Source of the DNA: Candidatus Lustribacter sp.
GTDB taxonomy: Bacteria; Vulcanimicrobiota; Vulcanimicrobiia; Vulcanimicrobiales; Vulcanimicrobiaceae
Length of the DNA stretch: 64,000 nt
Direction of reading: 5' to 3'
Assembly (NCBI GenBank): GCA_965277805.1
Contig: OZ255842.1
Coordinates: 2,496,001 to 2,560,000, forward strand
Every line of letters starts with the position of its first letter. The stretch's first letter is position 1. A program made the translations under genes and the position numbers. Shown piece by piece: positions 50,996 through 59,747 of the stretch. The notes under the pieces are model-generated. The model was given only the letters and a program-made list of their open reading frames with translations, was not told the origin of the DNA and did no database searches.

Positions 50996-51697
50996 ATGGC
51001 GCTACTCGAGGTGACCGGCCTGTGCGCCGGTTACGGCAAGATCGAGATCCTGCACGGCGTCGACGTCGCGCTTGAGGCCGGCACGCTGTGCGCAATCGTC
51101 GGTGCAAACGGCGCCGGCAAGACAACGTTGCTGCTCGCGATCTCCGCGATCATCAAGAAACGCGCCGGCGCCGTGCGCTTCGACGGCGAAGACGTCACCA
51201 AGCTAGCACCGCACACGCTCGTTCACCGCGGCCTCTTGCACGTTCCGGAAGGCCGCCGCATGCTCGCACGCATGAGCGTCGAGGAAAACTTGCAAGTCGC
51301 CGCAGCGGTACGCGGCGCAGCGGGGTTCGCCTCGATCGCCGGCCTCTTCGATCGCTTCCCGATCCTGCGCACGCGCCGCAATGTCTCCGCCGGTTCGCTT
51401 TCCGGCGGCGAACAGCAAATGCTCGCGATCGCCCGCGCGCTCGCCGCCGGCCCCAAAGCACTGCTGCTCGACGAACCCTCGATGGGTCTCGCGCCCAAAC
51501 TCGTCGACGAGATCTTCCACATCATCGCAAACGAACGCGCCAACGGCACCTCGATCCTACTGGTCGAGCAAAACGCCCACCGCGCCCTCTCGATCGCCGA
51601 CCACGCCTACGTAATGGACCGCGGCCGCATCACCCTATCGGGCACAGGCCCCGACCTCCTCAACAACCGCGAAGTAACCGCCGCCTACCTCGGCTGA
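50996..51697 (+). CDS. livF: ABC ATPase (LivF-like)
   Basis: GANGAGKTT, VPEGR, LSGGEQQMLAIARAL, LDEPSMGLAP, VEQN. Confidence 0.9.
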   Translation: MALLEVTGLCAGYGKIEILHGVDVALEAGTLCAIVGANGAGKTTLLLAISAIIKKRAGAVRFDGEDVTKLAPHTLVHRGLLHVPEGRRMLARMSVEENLQVAAAVRGAAGFASIAGLFDRFPILRTRRNVSAGSLSGGEQQMLAIARALAAGPKALLLDEPSMGLAPKLVDEIFHIIANERANGTSILLVEQNAHRALSIADHAYVMDRGRITLSGTGPDLLNNREVTAAYLG

Positions 51698-51727
51698 AAT
51701 CGCGCCAAAAAGCCGGGGCAACTCCAC

Positions 51728-53563
51728 TCACGGTTGCGCTCCGAAGCCGAGCGAGAGCTGCGGGATGGCGGCGACGCAGATGAGGGCGAGGACGATCGCG
51801 AGCAGATAGGGGACGATGCGCGCAACGGCGAGGTCGGGATCGCATTTGCCGATCGCGCACGCGGCGTAATAGCCCGCGCCGAACGGTGGTGAGAACAAGC
51901 CGACGCCCATCGCGAGCACCGCCACGATCGCGAAGTGGACTTCGGCGATGCCGGCGGCCTTGGCGATCGGGAAGAGCAGCGGGCCGAACAGCACGATCGC
52001 GGGGATGCCTTCGAGGATCGAACCCAGCACGAGAAAGAGCACGATTGCGAGCGCCATGAACCCCGCCTTGCCGCCGGGCGCATGCGTGAGGACGGCAGCG
52101 AGCTGATCCGCAAAGCCCGATTGCGTCAGCGCCCACGCCATCGCGGTTGCGGTCGCGATGATCAGCATGATCGCGCCGGTTAGGCTGACGGTCTCGCGTA
52201 ACACCGGATACAGCTGGCGCCAATCGAACTCGCGATACACGAAGATGCCGACGAGCACGGTATAGATGATGCCGATCGTGCTCACTTCCGTCGCCGTCGC
52301 GACACCGCCGAGGATCGCTGCGCGGATGACGAAGGGCAGCACGAAGCCGGGAATCGCGACGAAGAATGCCCATAGGATCACGCGCAACGCCGGACGCGGC
52401 GCAAGTTCGGTGCGATCGTCGCGCGAGCGAAACCAGACGACCACCAGCAGAAACAGTGCGGCCACCGCTGCGGGTACCAGACCGGCTGCAAACAACGCGG
52501 CAATCGAGACCCCGGTCGTCGAGCCGATGATGATCAGCACGAGGCTCGGCGGAATCGTTTCCGCCATCGCCGCGGACGACGCGAGCAGCGCTACGAGCTC
52601 GGGGCGCGGCGTGCCGCGGCGTTCCATCTCGGGGAAGAGCACTGGCGCAACCGCGGCCATATCGGCCGCCTTTGCACCGGAAATTCCGGAGACCAGATAC
52701 ATCGCGAAGACGAGCACGAAGCCAAGCCCGCCGCGCAGATGGCCCACGATGCTCGCGAGCGCGGCCACGAGACGCTTCGCGATGCCGGCGTTCCCCATCA
52801 GGAGTCCCAGCACGATGAACAGCGGAATCGCGAGCAGGATCAAGCTCGAGATGCCCTCGTCCATCCGGTCGACGACCGTGCTCAGCGGGACGCTCGTCGT
52901 CAGCCCGAGGTAGCTCAGCGTGCCGAAACCGAAGGCGAATGCGATCGGGATACCGATCGCCACGCACGCGCCCACGAGCAGGACGAAGAACAGCAGCAGG
53001 TTGACGTTACCGAGCGGCACGAGTAGCGGGCGGCCGAAGTACGCCGCGACGCAGACGACGAGCGCGACGGCCACCACGGTGATGACCTGTTTGCGCGGCG
53101 CTTCGATCAAACGCAGCACCGAGATAAGAAGAAACGCGATGAGTGCAACGACGATCGAGGCAATCACGTCCGAATGCGGGATCCCGAGCACGGGCGTGAG
53201 ATCGGTCTGTTCCTGAATCAGGAACGTGCGGCTCGCGGGGAAGAGTTCGAGCGCGAACAGCGCCACGACCACCGACGAGATCACGTCCAGCAGCGAGGCC
53301 ATCTCGGGGCTCACGCGCCGTACGATCGCCGTCAGACGGATGTGCTCGCGGCGCCGGTAGGCGGAGATCGCGCCGAGCATCGCCAGCCACAACAAGAGGA
53401 TCGTCGCGATCTCATCGGTCCAGACGATCGCGTTGTGGAGCACGTAGCGCGAGAACACGCCGGCGGCGAGGGCCACGACTTCGACGACCAGCAGTACCGC
53501 CGCCAGCGGCTCGGTGAGATAGCCGATCCATCGGTCGACGGTGTTCGTCCAGGAGGATTTCAC
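51728..53563 (-). CDS. TRAP transporter fused small+large permease (DctQM)
   Basis: DctQ-like WTDEI...HIRL N-terminus; DctM-like LAIPLF, SGISG, IPPS, TATE, PPFG. Confidence 0.9.
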   Translation of the reverse strand: MKSSWTNTVDRWIGYLTEPLAAVLLVVEVVALAAGVFSRYVLHNAIVWTDEIATILLLWLAMLGAISAYRRREHIRLTAIVRRVSPEMASLLDVISSVVVALFALELFPASRTFLIQEQTDLTPVLGIPHSDVIASIVVALIAFLLISVLRLIEAPRKQVITVVAVALVVCVAAYFGRPLLVPLGNVNLLLFFVLLVGACVAIGIPIAFAFGFGTLSYLGLTTSVPLSTVVDRMDEGISSLILLAIPLFIVLGLLMGNAGIAKRLVAALASIVGHLRGGLGFVLVFAMYLVSGISGAKAADMAAVAPVLFPEMERRGTPRPELVALLASSAAMAETIPPSLVLIIIGSTTGVSIAALFAAGLVPAAVAALFLLVVVWFRSRDDRTELAPRPALRVILWAFFVAIPGFVLPFVIRAAILGGVATATEVSTIGIIYTVLVGIFVYREFDWRQLYPVLRETVSLTGAIMLIIATATAMAWALTQSGFADQLAAVLTHAPGGKAGFMALAIVLFLVLGSILEGIPAIVLFGPLLFPIAKAAGIAEVHFAIVAVLAMGVGLFSPPFGAGYYAACAIGKCDPDLAVARIVPYLLAIVLALICVAAIPQLSLGFGAQP

Positions 53564-53611
53564 GTTCCCGAATCGTTTACCTAAAATGAAGAACTTTCCT
53601 TACGCCGGAGG

Positions 53612-54631
53612 ATGTCCATGACCGACCGCGTTTCACGTTCGCGCTTCGTTGCAAGCGCCGCCGCATCGACGTTCGCGTCGATCGCGATCGTCCGCTCGCC
53701 CGCGCGAGCCGCGCAATTCGATTACAAGATGGCACACGGCACGCCGACCAACATGGCCGTGCACGTGCGCTCGGCCGAAATGTGGGACGCCGTGAAGCGC
53801 GAAACCAACGGCGCGATCAATGTCAAGATCTTCCCGAACAACCAACTCGGCAGCGAGCTCGCGCAACTCGCGCAGTTACGCTCCGGTGCCTTGCAGTTCA
53901 TGATCATCCAAGGCGTGTCGCTCTCGGGCGTCGTTCCCGGCGTGTCGATGGACGGGCTCGGCTTCGTTTTCCGCGACGCCGCGCAAGCCGAATCCGCGTA
54001 CGATGGCCCCCTCGGCGCGTACTTGCGCAAGCTCATCACCGATAAGGGCATCTTCGCGTTTCCGCGCGTGTTCAATTTCGGCATGCGCCAAGTCACCTCA
54101 TCATCGCATCCGATCCGCACGGCGGCAGACTTCGGCGGCTTCAAGATTCGCACGCCGCCCGCACCGATTTCGGTCGACCTCTTCAAGACGCTTGGTGCAT
54201 CGCCGACGCCGATCGTGTTCCCGGAGCTCTATCTCGCGCTGCAAACGAAAGTCGTCGACGGACAAGAGACGCCGTACAGCACGATCGACGTGTCGAACTT
54301 CGCCGAAGTGCAGAAATACCTGAGCGTCACCAACCACACGGCGACGATCTTCTGGTTTCTCGCCAACATGGAAGCGTGGAACGCAATACCGCCGCCGATG
54401 CAGGCGATCGTGTTGCGGCATGCCGAGCGCGCGGCGATTCTCGAGCGCCGCGATACCGAACAGCAGAGCACGGCCACGGCCGACAAGCTGCGCCGCGAGG
54501 GCATGACGTTCAATACCGCCGATGCCGCCTCGATGCGCGCCCCGCTCAAGCCGTTCTACACCCGCTGGAAGGGCGAGTTCGGCGCGACGGCGTGGGATTT
54601 GCTTGAAAAAACATCAGGCAAACTGGTCTAG
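53612..54631 (+). CDS. TRAP substrate-binding protein (DctP) with Tat-like signal
   Basis: SRSRFV leader; IFPNNQLG, GFKIRT, ELYLALQTKVVDGQE, EVQKY. Confidence 0.9.
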   Translation: MSMTDRVSRSRFVASAAASTFASIAIVRSPARAAQFDYKMAHGTPTNMAVHVRSAEMWDAVKRETNGAINVKIFPNNQLGSELAQLAQLRSGALQFMIIQGVSLSGVVPGVSMDGLGFVFRDAAQAESAYDGPLGAYLRKLITDKGIFAFPRVFNFGMRQVTSSSHPIRTAADFGGFKIRTPPAPISVDLFKTLGASPTPIVFPELYLALQTKVVDGQETPYSTIDVSNFAEVQKYLSVTNHTATIFWFLANMEAWNAIPPPMQAIVLRHAERAAILERRDTEQQSTATADKLRREGMTFNTADAASMRAPLKPFYTRWKGEFGATAWDLLEKTSGKLV

Positions 54632-54637
54632 ATCGCT

Positions 54638-54695
54638 TGTGGAAACGGTGAATACCGGTGGATCGCCGTGCATAACGAAAAGTTCTTGTGGATAA
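54638..54695. promoter_or_regulatory. DnaA-box cluster 1
   Basis: TGTGGAAAC 54638, GGTGAATAC 54647, GGTGGATCG 54657, CGTGCATAA 54667, perfect TGTGGATAA 54687; same orientation, ~10-bp phasing. Confidence 0.65.
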
Positions 54696-54719
54696 CCGCT
54701 CCTTGGCGCATTGCGCCCC

Positions 54720-54748
54720 TTGCAATCAAATTTCGCGTATGACATCAT
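54720..54748 (+). promoter_or_regulatory. candidate sigma70 promoter for the structured RNA
   Basis: TTGCAA-N17-CATCAT with extended -10 TG at 54740-54741. Confidence 0.45.
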
Positions 54749-54753
54749 GAACT

Positions 54754-54938
54754 CACGACAAGCGATTGTCGTGCGACTGGCGAGACAGTCGCGGCGAGTA
54801 CGGGCCGCAGCGAGCAATCAAAGCCCCGGAAACCCAATGGCCTTCGACGCCGCACTGGGCTGAGCAATCGGCGCGGGCGTGCGCAACACCAGTAAACTCG
54901 CATGACGAAAGCCCCGTGGTTCGCGCCGCGGGGCTTTC
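54754..54938 (+). ncRNA. putative structured non-coding RNA, family unrecognised
   Basis: Serial stems CACGACAA-GCGA-TTGTCGTG, GCGACTG-GCGAGA-CAGTCGC, GCGGC/GCCGC, GCTGA-GCAA-TCGGC; long-range GCGAG/CTCGC; lies between a promoter-like motif and a terminator-like hairpin. Confidence 0.5.
54907..54938. terminator. intrinsic terminator-like hairpin, probably bidirectional
   Basis: GAAAGCCCCGTGG-TTCGCG-CCGCGGGGCTTTC; 5 nt from the stop of the convergent gene. Confidence 0.65.
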
Positions 54939-54943
54939 CGACA

Positions 54944-55453
54944 TTATAAGCCGTTCCAGTCCGTGTACGGCGCCGGCTTCTTCGCCGGCGGACCGACGTC
55001 GATCGCGACGTCGAGATGCGCCGTGAGCTGGATCTTCTGCGGGTCGCCCGCGTAGAGCTGTCCGTCGACCCACACGGTGGTGTGCTCGCCCGGCCGGAGC
55101 TTCGCGCCGGCAACATCCGTGCGCGAGAGCGGCTGCCCCCACACCGCAAAGAACTGACCCAGCGTGTACGAGCGCATCGTCGGCGACTCGACGTGGATGA
55201 TCCCATCGGGTGTGTGCGTGTGCAGCCAGTAGAAGCAGTTGCCCATGAGCGGGCGGCCGACATCTTCAGGAATACCCACCGGTTTGCCGTGATCGAAGAT
55301 CGCGAGGTGCTGATGGATGTGGAGCACGTTGCCTTCCATCTGGTCGCAGTGAATGCCGTCGACCGGTTGTCCGGTCGGCACGCTTGCCGCGCCCGGCGCG
55401 AACGTCGAAGCCGCCAGCAGCGCCGCAATGCAAATGCGAATGATTACGAGCAT
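54944..55453 (-). CDS. secreted His-rich hypothetical protein (putative metal-binding)
   Basis: Signal peptide; GIHCD...HIHQHL...CFYWLHTHTPDGIIHVES; RBS-like AGAAAGG upstream. Confidence 0.8.
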   Translation of the reverse strand: MLVIIRICIAALLAASTFAPGAASVPTGQPVDGIHCDQMEGNVLHIHQHLAIFDHGKPVGIPEDVGRPLMGNCFYWLHTHTPDGIIHVESPTMRSYTLGQFFAVWGQPLSRTDVAGAKLRPGEHTTVWVDGQLYAGDPQKIQLTAHLDVAIDVGPPAKKPAPYTDWNGL

Positions 55454-55467
55454 ACGAGCCCTTTCTC

Positions 55468-55526
55468 GGTGGATAATATGGATGCCCAGGCGAGCGCGGT
55501 GGAAAACGCAACTTTCTTGTGGATAA
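55468..55526. promoter_or_regulatory. DnaA-box cluster 2
   Basis: GGTGGATAA 55468, TATGGATGC 55477, GGTGGAAAA 55498, perfect TGTGGATAA 55518. Confidence 0.65.
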
Positions 55527-55734
55527 CCGCAAGCGCCGTCTTGCGTTGTCGGGACGACCGACGTATGCTCCATTCACGCCGGTTTACCGGCGCGCGAGCG
55601 ACGAGAAGCTCGCAGCGAATTGGTTACGACGCACGGCTCGTCCGTTCGCCGCCATCCGGTTCCTCAACGAAGTACGACGCCGTAATGGCCGAGCTGATCG
55701 GCGAGGACGTGCGCAGATCGGATTCTCGTGCTGA
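55519..55734 (+). CDS. possible small basic protein
   Basis: 71-aa ORF with amphipathic DEKLAANWLRRTARPFAAIRFLNEVRR, followed by a hairpin; start uncertain. Confidence 0.3.
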   Translation: MDNRKRRLALSGRPTYAPFTPVYRRASDEKLAANWLRRTARPFAAIRFLNEVRRRNGRADRRGRAQIGFSC

Positions 55735-55735
55735 C

Positions 55736-55767
55736 CGGCGCCGCGGGGCCCACGTCCCGCGGCGCCG
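55736..55767. terminator. GC-rich hairpin between convergent ORFs
   Basis: CGGCGCCGCGGG-N8-CCCGCGGCGCCG 12-bp stem; no U-tract. Confidence 0.5.
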
Positions 55768-55776
55768 TCGCGCATT

Positions 55777-56793
55777 TTAGCCTTCGTATGTTTTGGCGAG
55801 CGCGCGCGCGATGATGCGCGCGTGTTCGCGCGCGCTTTCCGGCGCGATGACTTCGCCTTCCGTCCCCCAGCTCAACGACCAGCGTACGATTTCGGCCGGA
55901 TCGGCAACGCGATACGTGATCTCGACCGAGCCGTCGTCTTGCCGCTCGACGCGCCGGTCGCGCGCGACGCTCGCCGCCGCGGCCGCCTTCGCCACGACCG
56001 GCGAGAACCGCACGGTCACGTCGGTCAGATCGGTGCTCTGCCAGACCCCGCTGACCGAATGCGCACCGTACGCTTCGAGATTGAAGTCGGCCGGCCGCTC
56101 GAAGGTCTGCGGCTGCACCGCGACCGCATCGATGTTGTCGATCGCAAACACGCGCATGTCGGTGCGCGCGTGATCGTAGGCTACGAGATAGATCCGGCCG
56201 TTCGAAACGATGAAGCCGTACGGGTCGACGCGCCGCTGCGTCTTCGCCGCGCGCTTGTCGGTATAGTCGAACTGCACGACGCGGTGGTCGCGTTCGGCCG
56301 TTTGCAGCGTCTCGAAGTTGCGCTCGGTCGCCGGCTCGAGCGCAACCGACTCCAGCCGGATGGCAAGCGACGACGACTGCATCGCGGTGGCCGAGCGCTG
56401 GTCGCTCGACTGCAGCAGCTTCGACGTCGTCTCATCGATATAGGCGGAGAGCGTGCCGCCGAGCGATGAACCCAACCGCTTGAGGGTGACGAGTCCCAGG
56501 AGCTCGCGCTGGCTTAGATTGAGCCGCCGCAGGCTATAGCCGTCGGCGAACTTGTACGTCGAGCTGGTGCGGTCGAAATACCACGGGAAGCCGGCGTCGG
56601 AGAGAACGGCGAGGTAGCGCCGCAAACTGCGCGTGCTGGGCGGCTTGTCGTCGGCGATCCGTTCCTTGAGCTCCTCGAACGAGAAGCGGCCGTCGTCGAT
56701 CGCGCTGAGAAGCCGGACGAGGAGGACGACCTTCGGCTCCGAGCGTTCTTCCCTCACGGTAGGCGTCGTTCGGGCGAGCGGGCCCGGCGCCAT
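55777..56793 (-). CDS. HTH-WYL-WCX transcriptional regulator (PafBC/YafY-like)
   Basis: wHTH (STRSLRRYLAVL), RRVDPYG, GRIYLVAYD, RVFAIDNI, WCX-like WSLSWG; start uncertain (56793 or 56835). Confidence 0.9.
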   Translation of the reverse strand: MAPGPLARTTPTVREERSEPKVVLLVRLLSAIDDGRFSFEELKERIADDKPPSTRSLRRYLAVLSDAGFPWYFDRTSSTYKFADGYSLRRLNLSQRELLGLVTLKRLGSSLGGTLSAYIDETTSKLLQSSDQRSATAMQSSSLAIRLESVALEPATERNFETLQTAERDHRVVQFDYTDKRAAKTQRRVDPYGFIVSNGRIYLVAYDHARTDMRVFAIDNIDAVAVQPQTFERPADFNLEAYGAHSVSGVWQSTDLTDVTVRFSPVVAKAAAAASVARDRRVERQDDGSVEITYRVADPAEIVRWSLSWGTEGEVIAPESAREHARIIARALAKTYEG

Positions 56794-56892
56794 GCCGCGC
56801 AAGGCGTTTGCTCGGATGCTCTGGGGAGGCGCCAATCCTGCGGTAAAGAACTTTTCCTTTCCGTTTTTTATCTCTTGCCGGTAAGGAGTACC

Positions 56893-58236
56893 ATGGACGA
56901 TTCGAATCGCCGCGAGTTCTTGCGCCGCAGTGGTGCCTTGGGCATCGCCGGCGCGGCCGCGCTGGGCTATCCGCTCCTAGAAACGCGGGCCGCTGGGTCG
57001 GCTCCTCTTCTTCCGCCGCGCGACGTCATCGCTGCCGGCGGCGGCGCAACGGTCAAGATCGGTCACCTCGACGGCTTCTCGGGCGTGTATGCCGCCGCGT
57101 CGCAATCGCAGCAGCTCGGCTTGGAACTCGCCGTCGCGCAAGCGATGAAAAAGAACTCGCGCATCAAGTACGAGATCATCAAGGGCGACGACGCCAACAC
57201 GCCGGCCACCGGCAGCACCGAAGCTCGCCGCTTGGTCGTGCAAGAAAAGGTCGACATCTTGGCCGGATGCTTGAGTTCGGGCGTCGGCCTCGCGGTTTCG
57301 AACACGTGCGAAGAGCTCGGCTCGTTCTTCCTCGCAATCGGCACGCACGACACGAACATCACCGGCCAGGGTGCGCATCACGTCACGTTCCGCCAGACCT
57401 GTTCGAACGCGATGCTCGCCAATGCCGTCGGCCCGGCATTGTTGAAGTTCGGCAAGAAATGGTACTTCATCACGGCCGACTACGCGTTCGGGAACGACGC
57501 GCAAGCGCGCTTGCAAAAGATCTTGCTCGCCCAGGGCGGCCAAGTCGTCGCTAACGACAAGCACGCTCTCGGCGCGATCGACTTCTCGTCGTACATGACC
57601 AAGGCGCGCAACACCGATGCCAACGTCATGGTCTTCTGCAACTACGGTCCGGACACGCAGAACGCGGTCAAGGCCGCAATCCAGCTCGGCATCAACCAGA
57701 AGATGAAATTCGGCGGCATCCTGTGCGGCAACGACGTGGCCGTCGGCCTTCCGGTCGACGATATCGTCGGATCCACATGGGGCTACGTCTGGGGGCCCGA
57801 CGCCGGCGGCGCGCGCACAACGCAGATCTACAAAGACCTGAAGACCAAAGCCAAAAATGTCGACTGGCGCATGTATCTCGGCCTGATGGCCGGCGAAACG
57901 ATGATCAATCGCATGAACGCGGCCGGGACGACCGAACCGTCGAAGATCCTGGCCGCCTACATGGGTTACAAGTACGATGCCGGCAAGAAGAGCGACGCGT
58001 ACTTCCGCGCCTGCGATCATCAAGCCGTGCAAGAAACCTATGCCGGCACGATCGTTCCGAAAGCCAAGCGCAAGAGCGATGGCGAATACTTCGTCATCAC
58101 CAACCGCGTCGGCGGAGACTACGCGGCCGAATCGTGCAGCGAGCCCGATTCAGCCGCGGCGACGAAGACCTTTGCGACCGAGACGCCCATCCCGGTCCGC
58201 CAAGGCTACACGCCGCTCAACCTCAAGTCGGCTTAG
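56893..58236 (+). CDS. Tat-exported ABC substrate-binding protein (Liv/Peripla_BP_6 type)
   Basis: RBS AAGGAG; NRREFL Tat motif; VKIG, ADYAFG, FRACDHQ. Confidence 0.88.
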   Translation: MDDSNRREFLRRSGALGIAGAAALGYPLLETRAAGSAPLLPPRDVIAAGGGATVKIGHLDGFSGVYAAASQSQQLGLELAVAQAMKKNSRIKYEIIKGDDANTPATGSTEARRLVVQEKVDILAGCLSSGVGLAVSNTCEELGSFFLAIGTHDTNITGQGAHHVTFRQTCSNAMLANAVGPALLKFGKKWYFITADYAFGNDAQARLQKILLAQGGQVVANDKHALGAIDFSSYMTKARNTDANVMVFCNYGPDTQNAVKAAIQLGINQKMKFGGILCGNDVAVGLPVDDIVGSTWGYVWGPDAGGARTTQIYKDLKTKAKNVDWRMYLGLMAGETMINRMNAAGTTEPSKILAAYMGYKYDAGKKSDAYFRACDHQAVQETYAGTIVPKAKRKSDGEYFVITNRVGGDYAAESCSEPDSAAATKTFATETPIPVRQGYTPLNLKSA

Positions 58237-59204
58237 CAGAATCCGTTCGGGTGTTGGCCTTCGTCCTCGCGCAGCGCGGCGAGGGCCGACATCAGCGGAC
58301 GATCGTCGAAGCGGAACAGGTAGACGCGCTCGTCGCCGGTGTTCTCGTGCACGACGGTCTGCCATGCCGGAACGGCGAACGAATCGCCGCGCTTCCAATT
58401 CAGCGTGATATCGCCGACCTGCGTGCGGCCGCTGCCTTCGTAGACGTGGAATACGGCACTCGCCGTTTCGCGTTTCGGAGCGGTTTTCGCACCCTTGTCG
58501 ATGCGGTAGGCCGACGCGCCGATCGTCGCGCTGATGTCGGCGCCGTTCGCGCGCATGTGATAGCGCTCTTCAACCGCCGCGCCCGGCTTGGCGTCGAGTT
58601 TCGGCTGCATTTCAGACCACGGATATTTGCGGTTTGAAGCGACCTTGAGCAGATCCGACGGATAGCGCGTTTGCGCGTAGTGTTCCGTGAAGTTGCTCGG
58701 CAGCACTTGCCACAGCGGCAAATCGAGACCGTCGAGCCAGATCATCGGTACGTCGCCTTCGTTGCCGTGATCGTGCCATTCCCACGACGGGGTCAGCACC
58801 AAATCGCCGCGCTCCATCATGACCTTCTCGCCTTCGACCGCGGTGAAGCCGCGTTCGCCTTCGATGATGAAGCGCAGCGCGAACGGCGTGTGCCGGTGCG
58901 CGCGCGCCGTCTCGCCGGGGAGAATTGTTTGCAGGCCCGCGTAGAGCGTGTCGGTCGTGTGCGGCGCCTTTAGCTTCGGATTGATCAACATGAACACGCG
59001 GCGCTCCGCAAGTTCCGTGCCGACCAAACGCGCGGCCCGCTCGCAGAACGGACGCAGCTTGTCGTAGTCCCACACGTACGGCATGGCCTTGGCCACCGGG
59101 AACGGCGGCGATACCGTGCTCAGCAGCGGCCAGAGCGGCTCGGCGTGCTCGACCACGGCCTCATCGAAAAGCTGCTCGAGGCTATCGTGCTGGACAACGG
59201 TCAT
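58233..59204 (-). CDS. gentisate 1,2-dioxygenase-like bicupin
   Basis: AERRVFMLINP, LYAGLQTILPGE, AHRH, TPSWEWHDH, WLDGLDLP. Confidence 0.88.
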   Translation of the reverse strand: MTVVQHDSLEQLFDEAVVEHAEPLWPLLSTVSPPFPVAKAMPYVWDYDKLRPFCERAARLVGTELAERRVFMLINPKLKAPHTTDTLYAGLQTILPGETARAHRHTPFALRFIIEGERGFTAVEGEKVMMERGDLVLTPSWEWHDHGNEGDVPMIWLDGLDLPLWQVLPSNFTEHYAQTRYPSDLLKVASNRKYPWSEMQPKLDAKPGAAVEERYHMRANGADISATIGASAYRIDKGAKTAPKRETASAVFHVYEGSGRTQVGDITLNWKRGDSFAVPAWQTVVHENTGDERVYLFRFDDRPLMSALAALREDEGQHPNGFC

Positions 59205-59290
59205 GGGTTGGGGCCTCCGGAGGCTGGAAAGCGGTGCTACTGCCTATGACCTTCCCTGTGCCGCGCCCGGTTTCCGGGGTGGGCCGGGCT

Positions 59291-59357
59291 GAGAACGCAT
59301 TCTTTAGGTCCGAGAACGTATTCTTTAGTTGACAGCGGCCCGGGGCTGATGTATCGT
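59291..59357 (+). promoter_or_regulatory. tandem operator repeats plus sigma70 promoter of the blaI-like operon
   Basis: GAGAACG(C/T)ATTCTTTAG at 59291 and 59312 (21-bp period); TTGACA(59329-59334)-N17-TATCGT(59352-59357); predicted TSS near ATG 59364. Confidence 0.75.
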
Positions 59358-59363
59358 CGGCCT

Positions 59364-59747
59364 ATGGCCCGCAAAAAGACCCCGACCCTCACCGAGGCAG
59401 AGTACCGGCTGATGGATATCGTCTGGTCGAACGGGCCGCTGAGCGTCGCCGAAGTGCTCGACCGCGTGGGCGATCCGCCGCTGGCCTACAACACGGTCCT
59501 GACCACGCTGCGCATCCTCGAGCAAAAGGGCTATCTCTCGCACAAGGCCTCCGGCCGCGCCTTCATCTACCACGCCAACGTCGAGCGCGACGAGGCCCAG
59601 CGCGACGTCGTCAACCACATGGTCGCCCGCTTCTTCGGCGGCTCGCCCCGCGAGCTCGTGCTCAATCTGCTCGAGTCGGAGTCGGTCGATGATGCCGAGC
59701 TTGCCCGCTTGCGAGAGCTCATCGACCGGAAGGCGGGACCGGCATGA
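59364..59747 (+). CDS. BlaI/MecI/CopY family repressor
   Basis: LTEAEYRLMDIVW, LAYNTVLTTLRILEQKG, GRAFIY, FFGGS...LVLNL. Confidence 0.94.
   Translation: MARKKTPTLTEAEYRLMDIVWSNGPLSVAEVLDRVGDPPLAYNTVLTTLRILEQKGYLSHKASGRAFIYHANVERDEAQRDVVNHMVARFFGGSPRELVLNLLESESVDDAELARLRELIDRKAGPA

Noticed and set aside
54771-54860. ZMP/ZTP (pfl) riboswitch resemblance (GCGACTGGCG...CTGGGC)
   Set aside because: The 3' hairpin lacks the expected CGCC loop directly before UGGGC, and no co-oriented gene lies downstream
54747-54863. 38-aa ORF MNSRQAIVV...MAFDAALG as a small protein or tmRNA tag
   Set aside because: No RBS, the ATG overlaps the predicted -10, and no tRNA-like ends are present; not excluded but unsupported
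54638-55530. Calling this region oriC
   Set aside because: No dnaA/dnaN context and no clear AT-rich unwinding element; needs whole-genome skew
59291-59328. Direct repeats as CRISPR or iterons
   Set aside because: Only two 17-bp copies, 4 bp apart, with no cas or rep gene; better explained as operators
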